Source of the DNA: Octopus bimaculoides
Lineage: Eukaryota
Direction: 5' to 3'
NCBI RefSeq assembly: GCF_001194135.2
Contig: NC_068995.1
Span: forward strand, 20,145,351 to 20,180,434
DNA length: 35,084 nt
Both the position numbers and the translations under genes were made by a program. The notes under the pieces are model-generated. The model had not been told where the DNA came from, searched no databases, and saw nothing but the letters and a program-made list of their open reading frames with translations. Of the stretch, positions 12,535-23,660 are shown piece by piece; the stretch's first letter is position 1; each line of letters begins with the position of its first letter.

Positions 12535-12775
12535 GGCACTCCGTCACTTACGACGTCGAGGGTTCCAGTTGAACCGATCAACGGAACAGCCTGCTCGTGA
12601 AATTAACGTGCAAGTGGCTGAGCACTCCACAGACACGTGTACCCTTAACGTAGTTCTCGGGGGATATTCAGCGTGACACAGTGTGACAAGGCTGACCCTT
12701 TGAATTACAGGCACAAGAGAAACAGGAAGTAAGAGTGAGAGAAAGTTGTGGTGAAAGAGTACAGCAGGGTTCGTT
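12535..12775 (-). mobile_element. SINE family E body fragment
   Basis: GAGGGTTCCAGTTGAACCGATCAACGGAACAGCCTGCTCGTGAAATTAACGTGCAAGTGGCTGAG..., shared with 24668-24822 and 25365-25500. Strand inferred from the headed copy. Confidence 0.75.
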
Positions 12776-13309
12776 TGATGGTGGGGATGGTATTGCGCTG
12801 ATGGTGACGTGATTGTGTGTTAGTAAGGGCAGTGGTGATGATGATAGTGTTACGGTAGTTTTATGGTAGTGTTGGTGATATTGTGGTCATGATAGTGATG
12901 GCATTTTTATGGTAGCGGTGGTGTTATTGTGTTGGTGGTGTAATGACGGCGGCGGTGTTTCTCTGTGTGTGTGCCTGCGCACACACACATTCTTTTTCAT
13001 ATGGATCGACCCTCGTCTGCGTATGTATAGATTATGGTGTACCTCTACGCGTAGACACTTGTGGGTACATAAATACATATATACATAGATATACAACTCT
13101 GCGTGTGTGTGTGTGTGTGTGTGAGTGTGCGTGCACGTGCGTGTGTACAGTGATGGATTCGAGGGTTTCGTTTATTTATGAATTGATTTCTTAATTTCAC
13201 CGGTGATACTAAAAACAAAATTAATTCAGTTCAATTAAAAAGCATGGGTAAGCAACGCTTTGTAAGCCACACTATAATTTGCAGAAAAAATTTATCTGCG
13301 CCCCTCCGA

Positions 13310-13705
13310 TTTTTTTTATTTGTTTCAGTCATTTCATTGTGGCCATGCTGGAGCACCACCTTTAGTTGAGCAAATCCACCCCAGGACTTATTCTTTGTAA
13401 GCCTAGTACTTATTCTATCGGTCTCTTTTGCCTAACCGCTAAGTTACGGGAACGTAAACACACCAGCATCGGTTGTCAAGCGATGTTGGGGGGACAAACA
13501 CAGACACACAAACATATACACACACATACATATATATATACATATATACGACGGGTTTCTTTCAGTTTCCGCCTACCAAATCCATTCACAAGGTTTTGGT
13601 CGGCCTGAGGCTATAGTAGATGACACTTTCCCAAGGTGCCACGCTGTGGGACTGAACCCGGAACCATGTGGTTCGTAAGCAAGCTACTTACCACACAGCC
13701 ATTCC
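13310..13705 (-). mobile_element. tRNA-derived SINE family B with CORE-like segment and internal (TG/TA)n, full length
   Basis: Minus: GGCTGTGTGGTAAGTAGC head, GGGTTCAGTCCC B box, GGCACCTTGGGAAAGTGTC (CORE-like start), internal microsatellite, tail CCAGCATGGCCAC...GACTGAAACA. Confidence 0.9.
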
Positions 13706-13749
13706 GATGTCTTTTTTTTTTTTCATTTTCACATTACTTATGGTTCCTT

Positions 13750-13940
13750 GATGTTCGTACAAACCTCACTCTTGCCTCACGCTGATGAATTTTACTTATA
13801 TGCACATCTTCCGATTTCACTGCTCTGCAAATATAACATAAACCAAGCATCCACCTCAGTACTGAAATCTCTGGCACTGGCTCTTCTATTTCTCTTGCCC
13901 ATATACTTTTGTGCCAGACTATTCACTGGTGCATGAGGCT
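13750..13940 (-). pseudogene. RTE-like LINE ORF C-terminal remnant
   Basis: Minus: LMHQ*IVW...EISVLRWMLG...KIHQREARVRFV, resembling the RTE motifs LYGSETW...EMRMLRWMLG...KIREARLRWFGHV. Confidence 0.5.
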
Positions 13941-14751
13941 TACTTGGCTACGCATCTTACCCTAGATCTAAAGAACAAATCTCAGGGCTCCACATCTTTA
14001 CCGCACTCGATGGTGTGCGAATTCTGCCAAGGATAAGTCAAGCGTTCTGTTACTTTTTCTTCTGAAGGCATACGGCACTACTCCCCTGTTTGCAAAACAA
14101 AGATATGCCGCTGTAAATTTACTCTATCTTAGACTAAAAATGAGCAAATTGCAACAGATCTAATACATCTTCCTCCCTGTTTCAAAATGCCTGCTCAGAT
14201 CCAATACCTCTCAGTCACCAACAATATTAGAGAAAGAAAAGGGGCTTGTTACTGGTATGCAAGCTGTTCCTGTGGTTTTAACATCCGTATCAATGTTCTC
14301 AACTATTCTTTTTATGTTTTTAATATGTTTACTCTCCTTACATTTGTTAGACTATCTTATCGTCTATGTTCTTATATTTGTTGTACTTTTGACTAGAAAT
14401 GGAGGAAGGAGTATGTTTCGCTTTCTTTCTGGGGTTTTATTTTTTTATTATAGCCATTCAGGAATGTACCTCTTCATGCAACCCGAAATATGTCGAAACT
14501 CGAACAATATTGTAAATGGCCGCTTGCCAGAAAAAAAAAGTATATGCTACTAAAGAAAATAATGTCAAAATGAACTTTTCTTCCATTTCAAAAGTAGACT
14601 GAAAGTTAGATAACTCTAAAAGCCTTTCCTTATAATTCCAAATCAAAACGGAAACGAACAATCTTGTTTTTCCATTAGTTTATCCAGGTAGAATTCCTTT
14701 GCCTAGGGGGAGCTACGTGGAAGTTGCGCATTTACAGTAACATTAAAGTAC

Positions 14752-14752
<1 letters not shown>

Positions 14753-14798
<46 letters not shown>

Positions 14799-14845
14799 TG
14801 ATGATAATAATAGCAATAATAATAATGATAATAATAATAATAATG
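14753..14845. repeat. (TAA)n microsatellite
   Basis: Read directly; further TAA arrays at 14983-15020 and 15911-15985. Confidence 0.97.
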
Positions 14846-14847
14846 AT

Positions 14848-14985
14848 TTCAAATTTTGCCCCAAGAGCAGCCATTTTGGGGAAGGAGATGTGTCGAATAC
14901 ATCGACCCCAGTTTTTCACTGGTACTTAATTTATCGACCTTGAAAGGATGAAAGGCAAAGTAGACCACGGCGGAATTTGAACTCA
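14848..14985 (-). mobile_element. SINE family A fragment
   Basis: CTGGTACTTAATTTTATCGACCTTGAAAGGATGAAAGGCAAAGTAGACCACGGCGGAATTTGAACTCA. Confidence 0.85.
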
Positions 14986-15021
14986 CAACAACAACAATAA
15001 TAATAATAATAACAACAACAA

Positions 15022-15320
15022 CTTTCTAATATAGGCACAAAACCTGACATTGTGGAAGAGAGTGCTAGTCGATTATATCGATCCCAGTACTGAACTGCTA
15101 TGTACTTTATCGAGCACGAAAAAATGAAAGGCAATCGTGACCTAGGCGGAATTTAAACTCGGAACGTAAAGCTGGAAGAAATACCACTAATCATTTTGGC
15201 CAGCGTGTTGACGATTCTGTCAACGGCGGGTTGACACAGGGCCTGAAAGTTTCAGTAGAGATGGTCAGTTAATTACGTTGACTCCAGTGCTCAAATGGTA
15301 TTTAATTCATCAATTATGAA
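15022..15320 (-). mobile_element. SINE family A diverged copy plus adjacent 3' fragment
   Basis: CTTTATCGAGCACGAAAAAATGAAAGGC...GGCGGAATTTAAACTCGGAACGTAAAG; a second tail piece lies at 15230-15320. Confidence 0.7.
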
Positions 15321-15329
15321 ACGATTCGG

Positions 15330-15550
15330 CCTCCTCACCGCCGCCTTGATCCCACTTTCTGTAGTCCTGTGCAAAATCAACGTGCACTATGAGCTGAGGA
15401 AGAATGGACTTCGTCTCAACCACTTTCTTTTCATAGATGATTTCAAACTTATCGCAAAAAAATCAAACAGAGCCTGAAATAGAGAGACTGGTTGAGATTG
15501 TGAAAATGTGCAGCAAGGATCTAGGGATGGTATTCGATATCTCGTAGTGT
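15330..15550 (+). pseudogene. R4/Dong-type non-LTR retrotransposon, RT fragment
   Basis: LLTAALIPLSVVL...LNHFLFIDDFKLIAK followed by DLGMVFDIS*CA, matching the RT YxDD region and the GMxFGxxKCA motif of R2-superfamily elements. Confidence 0.8.
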
Positions 15551-15912
15551 GCCAGGAGATCAACATATCCTCATGAAAGAAAGAGAAAAGGTTGGTAAAT
15601 ATGGAGACCTGAGAACTGAGATTGCCAAGATGTGACAGCTACGACAGTCAAACATAAAGGTTATCCTTATTATCATTGGAGCATTGGGTTCAATACCACC
15701 CAATCTGAAAAAAAAAACATCTGAAAACCTTAGAAACACCCTACAATCTAGATGTATTGCAAGAGTCGGCATTACTTTCAACTGCACGCATATTGCATAA
15801 AGTACTGTCTGTCTGAGGTCCTTGTTGTGACATGACAAACAGTACAAAGCCCCGGTAGAAACAATATCTTTAATCAACAACCTCACGATATTGTATACAG
15901 TGCGACGTCTAT
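15551..15912 (+). mobile_element. R4/Dong-type element, C-terminal endonuclease segment and 3' UTR ending at (TAA)n
   Basis: GDQHILMKEREKVGKYGDLRTEIAKM*...KVILIIIGALGS...LDVLQESALLSTAHILHKVLSV*, resembling the EK.EKYxDL / IGALG / LQK..LLGT..IL C-terminus of restriction-like endonuclease elements; followed directly by a TAA array. Confidence 0.75.
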
Positions 15913-15916
15913 AATG

Positions 15917-15980
<64 letters not shown>

Positions 15981-15989
15981 TGATGATAT

Positions 15990-16200
15990 TTTCTACTCTA
16001 GGCACAGGGCCCGAAATGTCGGTAGAGAGGGCCAGTCGATTAGATCGACCGTAGTACGCAACTGGTACTTAATTTATCAACCCCGAAAGGATGAAAGACA
16101 ATTTCGACCTCCACGGAATTTGAACTCAGAACGTCAAGGCGGGCGAAATGCCGTTAAGCATTTCACCCGGCGTGTTAACGATTTTGCCAGCTCGCCGCCC
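15990..16200 (-). mobile_element. SINE family A (tail type 2), full length
   Basis: Reverse complement of head (...TTTTGCCAGCTCGCCGCC), B box and central motif; tail abuts the TAA array. Confidence 0.9.
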
Positions 16201-16282
16201 TATACATAAATAGAGAGATATGTACAGACACATGTACAAACACACGCGCAAACACGCACACAAGCACGCATGCACGCACAAC

Positions 16283-16822
16283 AGTGAAAGAAGGAACATG
16301 GCAGAATATTTGGTAAGCAGCAAAGAAGACATGCTACAGTATGCTGCTAATGCAGAAGGATTTACCAAAAATGGACTTGAGAGTGCTCATGGTTTCTGAT
16401 CACGAATAGCCAACAAGAATGAAGTATATGGAATCACACGATCAGTTCCACCGTGAAACTAACAACTTAAAAGACCAGAAACTATCATGGATGTAGCTCA
16501 GCAAGGGTGACCTAAAAAGGAATACCGAAACCCTACTCATCACTGCCCAGGATCAGGCATTGAATACCAACTCAATGAAAAGGGATATATACCGCAAAGG
16601 CGCAACGAACCTCTGCAGAATGTATGGGAAGAGTGTTGAAAGCATGACTCACATTGTTAGTGCTTGTGAAAGTCTTGTACAGAAAGAGTACAAGCGCAGA
16701 CATTACAAGGCTGCTCAAAACCTTCACTGGCTACTATGCCGGAAGTATAGATACGAGTTAATGGTACCAACGTACACCGGATAAGGTAATGGACGAAAAG
16801 GAGAAGGCAAAAGTACTCTGGG
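16283..16822 (+). pseudogene. R4/Dong-type element, thumb and CCHC zinc-knuckle fragment
   Basis: GDLKRNTETLLITAQDQALNTNSMK...LCRMYGKSVESMTHIVSACESLVQKEYKRRHYKAAQNLHWLLCRKY, then WYQRTPDKVMDEKEKAKVLWD; one knuckle Cys is mutated to Tyr. Confidence 0.85.
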
Positions 16823-17220
16823 ACAGTCTAGTCTCGGCCGTATTTGAACCAGGAAGTAGCGTCAACAACATAATCATCAATAACAATAATTTTAGCACAA
16901 GGCCAATAATTTTAGTGGACACGCTTGCGTCCACGTAGGGCAAATGAAAGTATTGATGGGAGTGGGATGTGATTGACTTTTTCCAAGCAGCTTCATGTAG
17001 CTAATCGTGAAAGAGTGAGTGAGAGAAAGAGGAAGACAAAGTAAGAGGAGAAAATGCTGATAAATTATTTATACCTCGAAGATCTAAGATTATTTAGAAA
17101 GTTAAATAAGAAAAAAAAAATCATCTAGCAGCGTTTAAAAGATGAAGAAGACAAGGAAGGGAGATAATTCCAATAAGATCAGTTGAGAGAAATTTTATAA
17201 GTATATACAACTATATATAC

Positions 17221-17255
<35 letters not shown>

Positions 17256-17495
17256 ATTTTGTTTAAATGAGTTCCAACACTGTATGTTTTTTATGTTTTA
17301 TTTATATTTCTGCAAAACCAATGTGGGATATAGAATATAGAATATGGAATATACAATATATAATATAAAATAAAAATGGATGGTACTATGAAATAAAGTA
17401 TTGAATATATGGAATATGTCTTATTGAATAGAAGAAATATTGAGTGTTCAATATAAAGGATTAAATATATAAAGGCGAATACGTATTTTCTATAC

Positions 17496-17532
17496 CTTGT
17501 GGTATTTCATCATGGCCGGTATGACAGACTTT
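17496..17532 (-). CDS. Candidate partial exon running into N gap
   Basis: KSVIPAMMKYHK, ending at AAG|GTATAG donor; only 37 nt visible. Confidence 0.22.
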
Positions 17533-17777
17533 NNNNNNNNNNNNNNNNNNNNNNNNNNNNNNNNNNNNNNNNNNNNNNNNNNNNNNNNNNNNNNNNNNNN
17601 NNNNNNNNNNNNNNNNNNNNNNNNNNNNNNNNNNNNNNNNNNNNNNNNNNNNNNNNNNNNNNNNNNNNNNNNNNNNNNNNNNNNNNNNNNNNNNNNNNNN
17701 NNNNNNNNNNNNNNNNNNNNNNNNNNNNNNNNNNNNNNNNNNNNNNNNNNNNNNNNNNNNNNNNNNNNNNNNNNNNN

Positions 17778-17809
<32 letters not shown>

Positions 17810-17839
17810 TATCTACATGTATGCATGCACGCACGTAGA

Positions 17840-17890
17840 GTGACTCAAGGGCCGAGAGTTTCGTGTGTTGGGACTTATCAAAAACTTGAA
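17840..17890 (-). ncRNA. Degenerate hammerhead-like remnant
   Basis: Minus: UCAAGUUU-UUGAUAA-GU...AC-GAAA-CUC-UC-GGCC-CUUGA. Distal stem UCAAG/CUUGA. A related 30-mer lies at 34301-34330. Confidence 0.3.
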
Positions 17891-18395
17891 TACCTATATA
17901 TACAGGGTAGCCTGTAACTCACTACCCATCCATATATCTTATGTATCCAATATATCTGTGCATTGTCCCTCATTCTGGTTGTTTAATATTATACGACGCC
18001 ATGTTTACAGTAATTTGGTTGGTAGAAATTATCAGTTTTATTTATTAGCTCTTCGAGTATGAGTGGAGGAAAAAAACCTCACGTGACCGTGATGTAGAAT
18101 AAATATCTTTACGTATATGTCTCATTTTATATGTAATATTATGGTTTGATAAACAATTATCTCCATAAAAAAGAAAAGCTATTTGATAGAAGCAGTGAAA
18201 TCTTATAGGAAATATTGTGGAAAATAGTTACAAGATAGAAAGATAGAAAGAATCATAAAAGGAATTAATATCAAGCATAACGATGAACCTAAATGATAGC
18301 AACAGAGATAGGAAATAAGCATTGGTTCGAATAATCGATAGAAAAAAAGAACTAAAGAAAGAGAAGAGACCCGAACTACTAAATCCCAGATTTAC

Positions 18396-18525
18396 CTAGC
18401 CGAAAGCATTAGCCAGCGGGCTATAGATTCCGCTATACTTTTACTATTAATAAATATTTCATCTTGTTTTCTGTAGGTTATTTCACTGTCTGCCTCAGAG
18501 AAGTTCCAGTCCATCTGGTGCCGAT
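18396..18525 (-). CDS. Candidate internal exon of an unidentified gene (130 nt)
   Basis: TTGCAG|AT acceptor and AG|GTAAAT donor; only one of three frames is open: (D)RHQMDWNFSEADSEITYRKQDEIFINSKSIAESIARWLMLSA(R). Non-repetitive; protein not recognised. Confidence 0.35.
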
Positions 18526-19166
18526 CTGCAATACATATTTTATTGATAATATTTTAGCTATGATCTAAAAGGATGTATTTTCAGTTGAATATTTCATGAT
18601 ATGTCCAGTCTTACTTAAATACCACAAACAAGCACATATATAATACAATACCACAAACAAGTATATATNNNNNNNNNNNNNNNNNNNNNNNNNNNNNNNN
18701 NNNNNNNNNNNNNNNNNNNNNNNNNNNNNNNNNNNNNNNNNNNNNNNNNNNNNNNNNNNNNNNNNNNNNNNNNNNNNNNNNNNNNNNNNNNNNNNNNNNN
18801 NNNNNNNNNNNNNNNNNNNNNNNNNNNNNNNNNNNNNNNNNNNNNNNNNNNNNNNNNNNNNNNNNNNNNNNNNNNNNNNNNNNNNNNNNNNNNNNNNNNN
18901 NNNNNNNNNNNNNNNNNNNNNNNNNNNNNNNNNNNNNNNNNNNNNNNNNNNNNNNNNNNNNNNNNNNNNNNNNNNNNNNNNNNNNNNNNNNNNNNNNNNN
19001 NNNNNNNNNNNNNNNNNNNNNNNNNNNNNNNNNNNNNNNNNNNNNNNNNNNNNNNNNNNNNNNNNNNNNNGCGTGTGTGTATGTTTACAAGTGTGGTTGT
19101 GTGTGTGTATTTCTGTATGATATAATTTCATAAATGAATATATGTACTAATGTATAAGTGTGTGTG

Positions 19167-19204
<38 letters not shown>

Positions 19205-19832
19205 CGCCTTTGGAAGTTTATCGGATGTCTAAAGCTCCTTTGGACGTACAGGAACACACTCGGAAACGCTGTTATACCCCGGTAATAGTTAGACATGCAT
19301 ACATATACTCAGACACAAGTACACAGGCGTGGGCTAGCACAGATACATATTGTATATATATATACTTATACGTTGCGGTTCAGTACAGTTTCCGTTTACT
19401 AAATTCAATATGCAAAAACAATGGTCAATCAGATATCTATGTTCTGTCACAGTAATTTCGAAGTTGAAACGTGAAACCCCACTGTTTGCGAAGGAAATTT
19501 ATTAACCATGCAGCTAGGAGTACGCTTATAATGCGTGTTTGCGCGCGCGCGTGTGCGTTTGTGTATAAGTGTATAGGTATGTATATATTGGGCTGAGACA
19601 AAAAGTTCGTACCGTTATTCTGTTGTTGGAGATTAAAGAAGTGATTTCGTTTTGTCACGTGATAGAAATATATGACATATGTAGTGAAAGGTTACATTTT
19701 AACATGTCTTTCAATTCGATTGTAGGGTACATATTTTATTTTTACTGTTTTTACGAAAAAAAAAACGTGCAACCAGAGGAAAATATGATACTTTTTTGTT
19801 ATTTGACTCCCTTTTATTTCTGGCATGTTAAA

Positions 19833-20250
19833 CATGTAGCTGTGTGGTAAAAAAAACTCGCTTCTCAACCATACAGTTCCGGGTTCAGTCTCACTGCGTG
19901 TCACCACGGATAGGTGTCTTCTACTATATATAGTCTCGGACCGACCAGAGCTTTGTGAGTAGATTTGGTAGACGGAAATTGAAAGAAACTTGTCGTACAT
20001 ATATATGTATATATTTATATGTGTGTGAGCTTTGTGTCTGCTTTTGTTTCACAACCATCATCACTTGACAACCGATGTTGATGTGCTAACGTTCCCGTAA
20101 CTAAGCGATTCGGCAAGAAAGACCGATAGAATAAATACTAGGTTTTAAAAAATTACGTACTGATGTCGAGTTTTTTTACTAAAGTATTTCAAGGCGATGT
20201 CCCAGTATGGCTGCAGTCCAATGACTAAAGCAAGTGAAAGATAAACGATT
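19833..20250 (+). mobile_element. SINE family B nested in the mariner
   Basis: GCTGTGTGGTAA...CCGGGTTCAGTCTCACTG...GATTTGGTAGACGGAAATTGAAAGAAAC...CCCAGTATGGCTGCAGTCCAATGACT. Confidence 0.88.
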
Positions 20251-20821
20251 AAAAAAACAGCAAAAAAAAAAGTGCCGCTCAGAGAGATAGTGCCATAACT
20301 GAGAGAAATGTTTGTAAGTGGTTTGCTAGGTCAGGTGTGAAGTTTTTGCTCTGGGAGACCATGAATATTCCGACAGACCTATATTTGTTGACGTTGACCA
20401 AATCTAAATACTAATCAAAAATAATCCATGTTACACCACACGAGATATCACCGAGATATTCCACATATCTCATATGAACGATATAAAGTATTTAAAAACC
20501 CTTGATCACGTGAATCCCTGTGTTGATTGAGAACCTCATAATGTAACGGAAAATAATTCAGAGGACTGCATTTCCTTCTGGAATTCTCTGCTCGAACACA
20601 GCAAAAACTTCCCAATTTTCAAAAAAACGATCACTGATGAGGGAAAATGTGGGGTGAGAAATCTCTTGAAGAAAACGAAAAGAATCACTTATAATCACTC
20701 CAAAAGCTGGCCAGTATCCGAAGATGGTAACACCCATCGTGTGTGATTAGAAGGGTACAGTGTGTTATGACCTTCAAAATTAGATATTGAGTTAAGACAA
20801 TAATTGTTCCTAATTAGACAT

Positions 20822-20995
20822 AAAGGAGGCAATCAATGAAAAACGTCCAAAATTAGCCAACCGGAAGGGTCTCGTCTTCTTTCAAGAAACGCTAGATCTC
20901 ATGTCTCCTTACAGACTTGGCAGAAATTGGTACAGCTTGGTTGGGATATCCTTCAATACCCATCGTACTCACCTGACCCTGCACCTATGAATTAT
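20822..20995 (+). pseudogene. Mariner transposase catalytic-domain remnant (frameshifted)
   Basis: Translates as KEAINEKRPKLANRKGLVFFQE/NARSHVSLQTWQKLVQLGWDILQYPSYSPDPAPMNY, matching the mariner HDNARPH and WEVLPHPPYSPDLAP motifs with one frameshift. Confidence 0.9.
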
Positions 20996-21600
20996 TTATC
21001 TGCAAAATTTTCGTAATATGAAGAAAGTCAGTTCTTTGGAAGATTGTAAAAACCATTTAAACAGTTCATGTCATGAAAAGATGCGAATTTCTGGAGGATG
21101 GGATAAGCTGGTTCAAACATGGCGAAAGATAGTGGAACAAAATGGGACACATGTAACTGAATAAAGATATGTAAAAGTATCTAAATATTGTTTTTCAAGT
21201 TTATTTTTTAAAATGATACGACCTTTTGTTCCAAGTCAATATCTGTGTGTGTGAGTGTGTCTATATATGTATGTATATGCGTGTGTATGAATGCATGTAT
21301 GTACACACACGCATATATATGCACACACATACACCTATGTATATATTTATGCATGCGTACATGTATGCATGTACGTATGTACATATATATGAGTATTCTT
21401 GCATGTGCTGTAAGTGTTGAGCAATAATATGTTCATGCGTAAGCAAACCGGAACGCACACGCAGAAAACATACACACTCACACTGAAGCACACACACATA
21501 TGCATATCCAATACATACACACAATATATATACATATATATATAATATATATATATATATAAAGTACATATATGGTATATATATATTTATGGTTTATTTA

Positions 21601-21656
<56 letters not shown>

Positions 21657-22369
21657 NNNNNNNNNNNNNNNNNNNNNNNNNNNNNNNNNNNNNNNNNNNN
21701 NNNNNNNNNNNNNNNNNNNNNNNNNNNNNNNNNNNNNNNNNNNNNNNNNNNNNNNNNNNNNNNNNNNNNNNNNNNNNNNNNNNNNNNNNNNNNNNNNNNN
21801 NNNNNNNNNNNNNNNNNNNNNNNNNNNNNNNNNNNNNNNNNNNNNNNNNNNNNNNNNNNNNNNNNNNNNNNNNNNNNNNNNNNNNNNNNNNNNNNNNNNN
21901 NNNNNNNNNNNNNNNNNNNNNNNNNNNNNNNNNNNNNNNNNNNNNNNNNNNNNNNNNNNNNNNNNNNNNNNNNNNNNNNNNNNNNNNNNNNNNNNNNNNN
22001 NNNNNNNNNNNNNNNNNNNNNNNNNNNNNNNNNNNNNNNNNNNNNNNNNNNNNNNNNNNNNNNNNNNNNNNNNNNNNNNNNNNNNNNNNNNNNNNNNNNN
22101 NNNNNNNNNNNNNNNNNNNNNNNNNNNNNNNNNNNNNNNNNNNNNNNNNNNNNNNNNNNNNNNNNNNNNNNNNNNNNNNNNNNNNNNNNNNNNNNNNNNN
22201 NNNNNNNNNNNNNNNNNNNNNNNNNNNNNNNNNNNNNNNNNNNNNNNNNNNNNNNNNNNNNNNNNNNNNNNNNNNNNNNNNNNNNNNNNNNNNNNNNNNN
22301 NNNNNNNNNNNNNNNNNNNNNNNNNNNNNNNNNNNNNNNNNNNNNNNNNNNNNNNNNNNNNNNNNNNNN

Positions 22370-22400
<31 letters not shown>

Positions 22401-22401
<1 letters not shown>

Positions 22402-22428
22402 TATCTGAATTACCCGACGTTGCCCGGA
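22401..22428 (-). mobile_element. Helitron-like 3' terminus (GC-rich hairpin plus CTAG-like end)
   Basis: Minus: TCCGGGCAACGTCGGGTAATTCAGATAG|T, resembling the CCCGGGCAACGCCGGG-N8-CTAG|T ends of animal Helitrons; one terminal mismatch; 5' end not located. Confidence 0.55.
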
Positions 22429-22689
22429 TTACTGCTTTTCTTTTTCTGATTAGTAAGCAATAAATATGAAAAAATATTTTTAATCATAATCATTTCAAAA
22501 TATCTATATTTAATTTTTTAAATATCCAAACAATATTGTACAGTTGGCCATGGGAGAAGCATGTAGTAGAGAGATAAAGTCCAATAATCTTGATAGTTCG
22601 TATCTCTTTTACTTTAATCAGTCATTCAAACACATTTACTGTAGGGAGTTAGAAGAAAAGTTGGAGAGCGGAGAAAATCTTTGGGATGC

Positions 22690-22860
22690 TTAATTACGGT
22701 TCCTTACATTCTGATTTCAAATGGTGCCAAGATCAACATTGTCGTTCTTCTTTCTAGGGTCGATAAAATAAAGTACCAGTCAAATACTCCCGTGGATATC
22801 ATCGACCAATCTCTACCTGCAAATTTCTAACCCTGTGCTTAAGCTAGTAATGATAAGGAT
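22690..22860 (+). mobile_element. SINE family A, diverged
   Basis: TTACATTCTGATTTCAAAT...CTAGGGTCGATAAAATAAAGTACCAGTCAAATACT. Confidence 0.65.
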
Positions 22861-23384
22861 ATCAGCTCAGCAGCTTTGGGAACTGGTCACGCAAGCGAGC
22901 AATCGTGATTTCAAACCTCCTTTACTGATGTGATGTTCTTATTTAGTTGGAATGAAGAATTTGATGAATCCTTTAAGCGTCGGAAAAAAAGGCAGCAGTG
23001 ATTTAGCGGTAGATATAGCACACAACTGAGAATATGAACAGGAATATAGGCACGGATTTTCTCTCTGTATATAGACGTGTGGATCCTTGTATGAATACCC
23101 GTATGCATGATCGTGTATGTGCGTGTGTGTGTGAGTGTGTGTACATTTATATCGACAGAAAGTGAGAGATGTATGTATAAACGTGTATGTATATGTACAC
23201 ACACATACACACACATATATATAATGCGAACGTGTGCGCGTGTGACTGAATGTGTGTATGTTCATGCACATTGGTATAACATTAGATTAAGAGAGTACAT
23301 GAAAAGCATTAAACTGTTTAATATAGACTAAGTGTACATAAACATTTATATACGCTGTGGGTGTATGTGCGTGTGTGTGTGTGT

Positions 23385-23550
23385 GGTGCGTGTGCGCGCG
23401 AGTGGGTACCTGTCTCGATTTATCTGTCTCAGACAGATAACGTCTATTTGACTCTATCAGTGGCAGGAGTAACTTACCTGGCGACGGCCCCCAGCGATAA
23501 AGTTAAAGCACTCTGTGGAATAGTTTGTGCTTTTCAACGAGGAATTCGTA
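23385..23550. repeat. Left arm of inverted repeat pair (partner 25070-25240)
   Basis: GCGCGCGAGTGGGTACCTGTC...TTATCTGTCTCAGACAGATAA...CCCCCAGCGATAAAGTTAAAGCACTCTGTGGA matches the reverse complement of 25105-25240. Confidence 0.85.
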
Positions 23551-23609
23551 TGTTTACACGCACGCACCCCCACCGCTCATATACGCTCACACACACACAC
23601 ATATACATG

Positions 23610-23660
<51 letters not shown>

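Larger units (their letters stand above)
19588..21239 (+). mobile_element. Decayed full-length mariner transposon with nested SINE
   Basis: Imperfect TIRs: TTGGGCTGAGACAAAAAGTTCGT at left, and the reverse complement of ACGACCTTTTGTTCCAAGTCAA at right. TA on both sides (19586-87, 21240-41). Transposase remnants in between. Confidence 0.85.

Noticed and set aside
23474-23484. ACTTACCTGGC, identical to the U1 snRNA 5' end
   Set aside because: Only 11 nt match and the rest of U1 is absent; it is simply the complement of a donor consensus inside a repeat arm.
23481-23522. STECFNFI peptide resembling a semaphorin motif
   Set aside because: It lies in an inverted repeat arm; too short and the continuation does not match.
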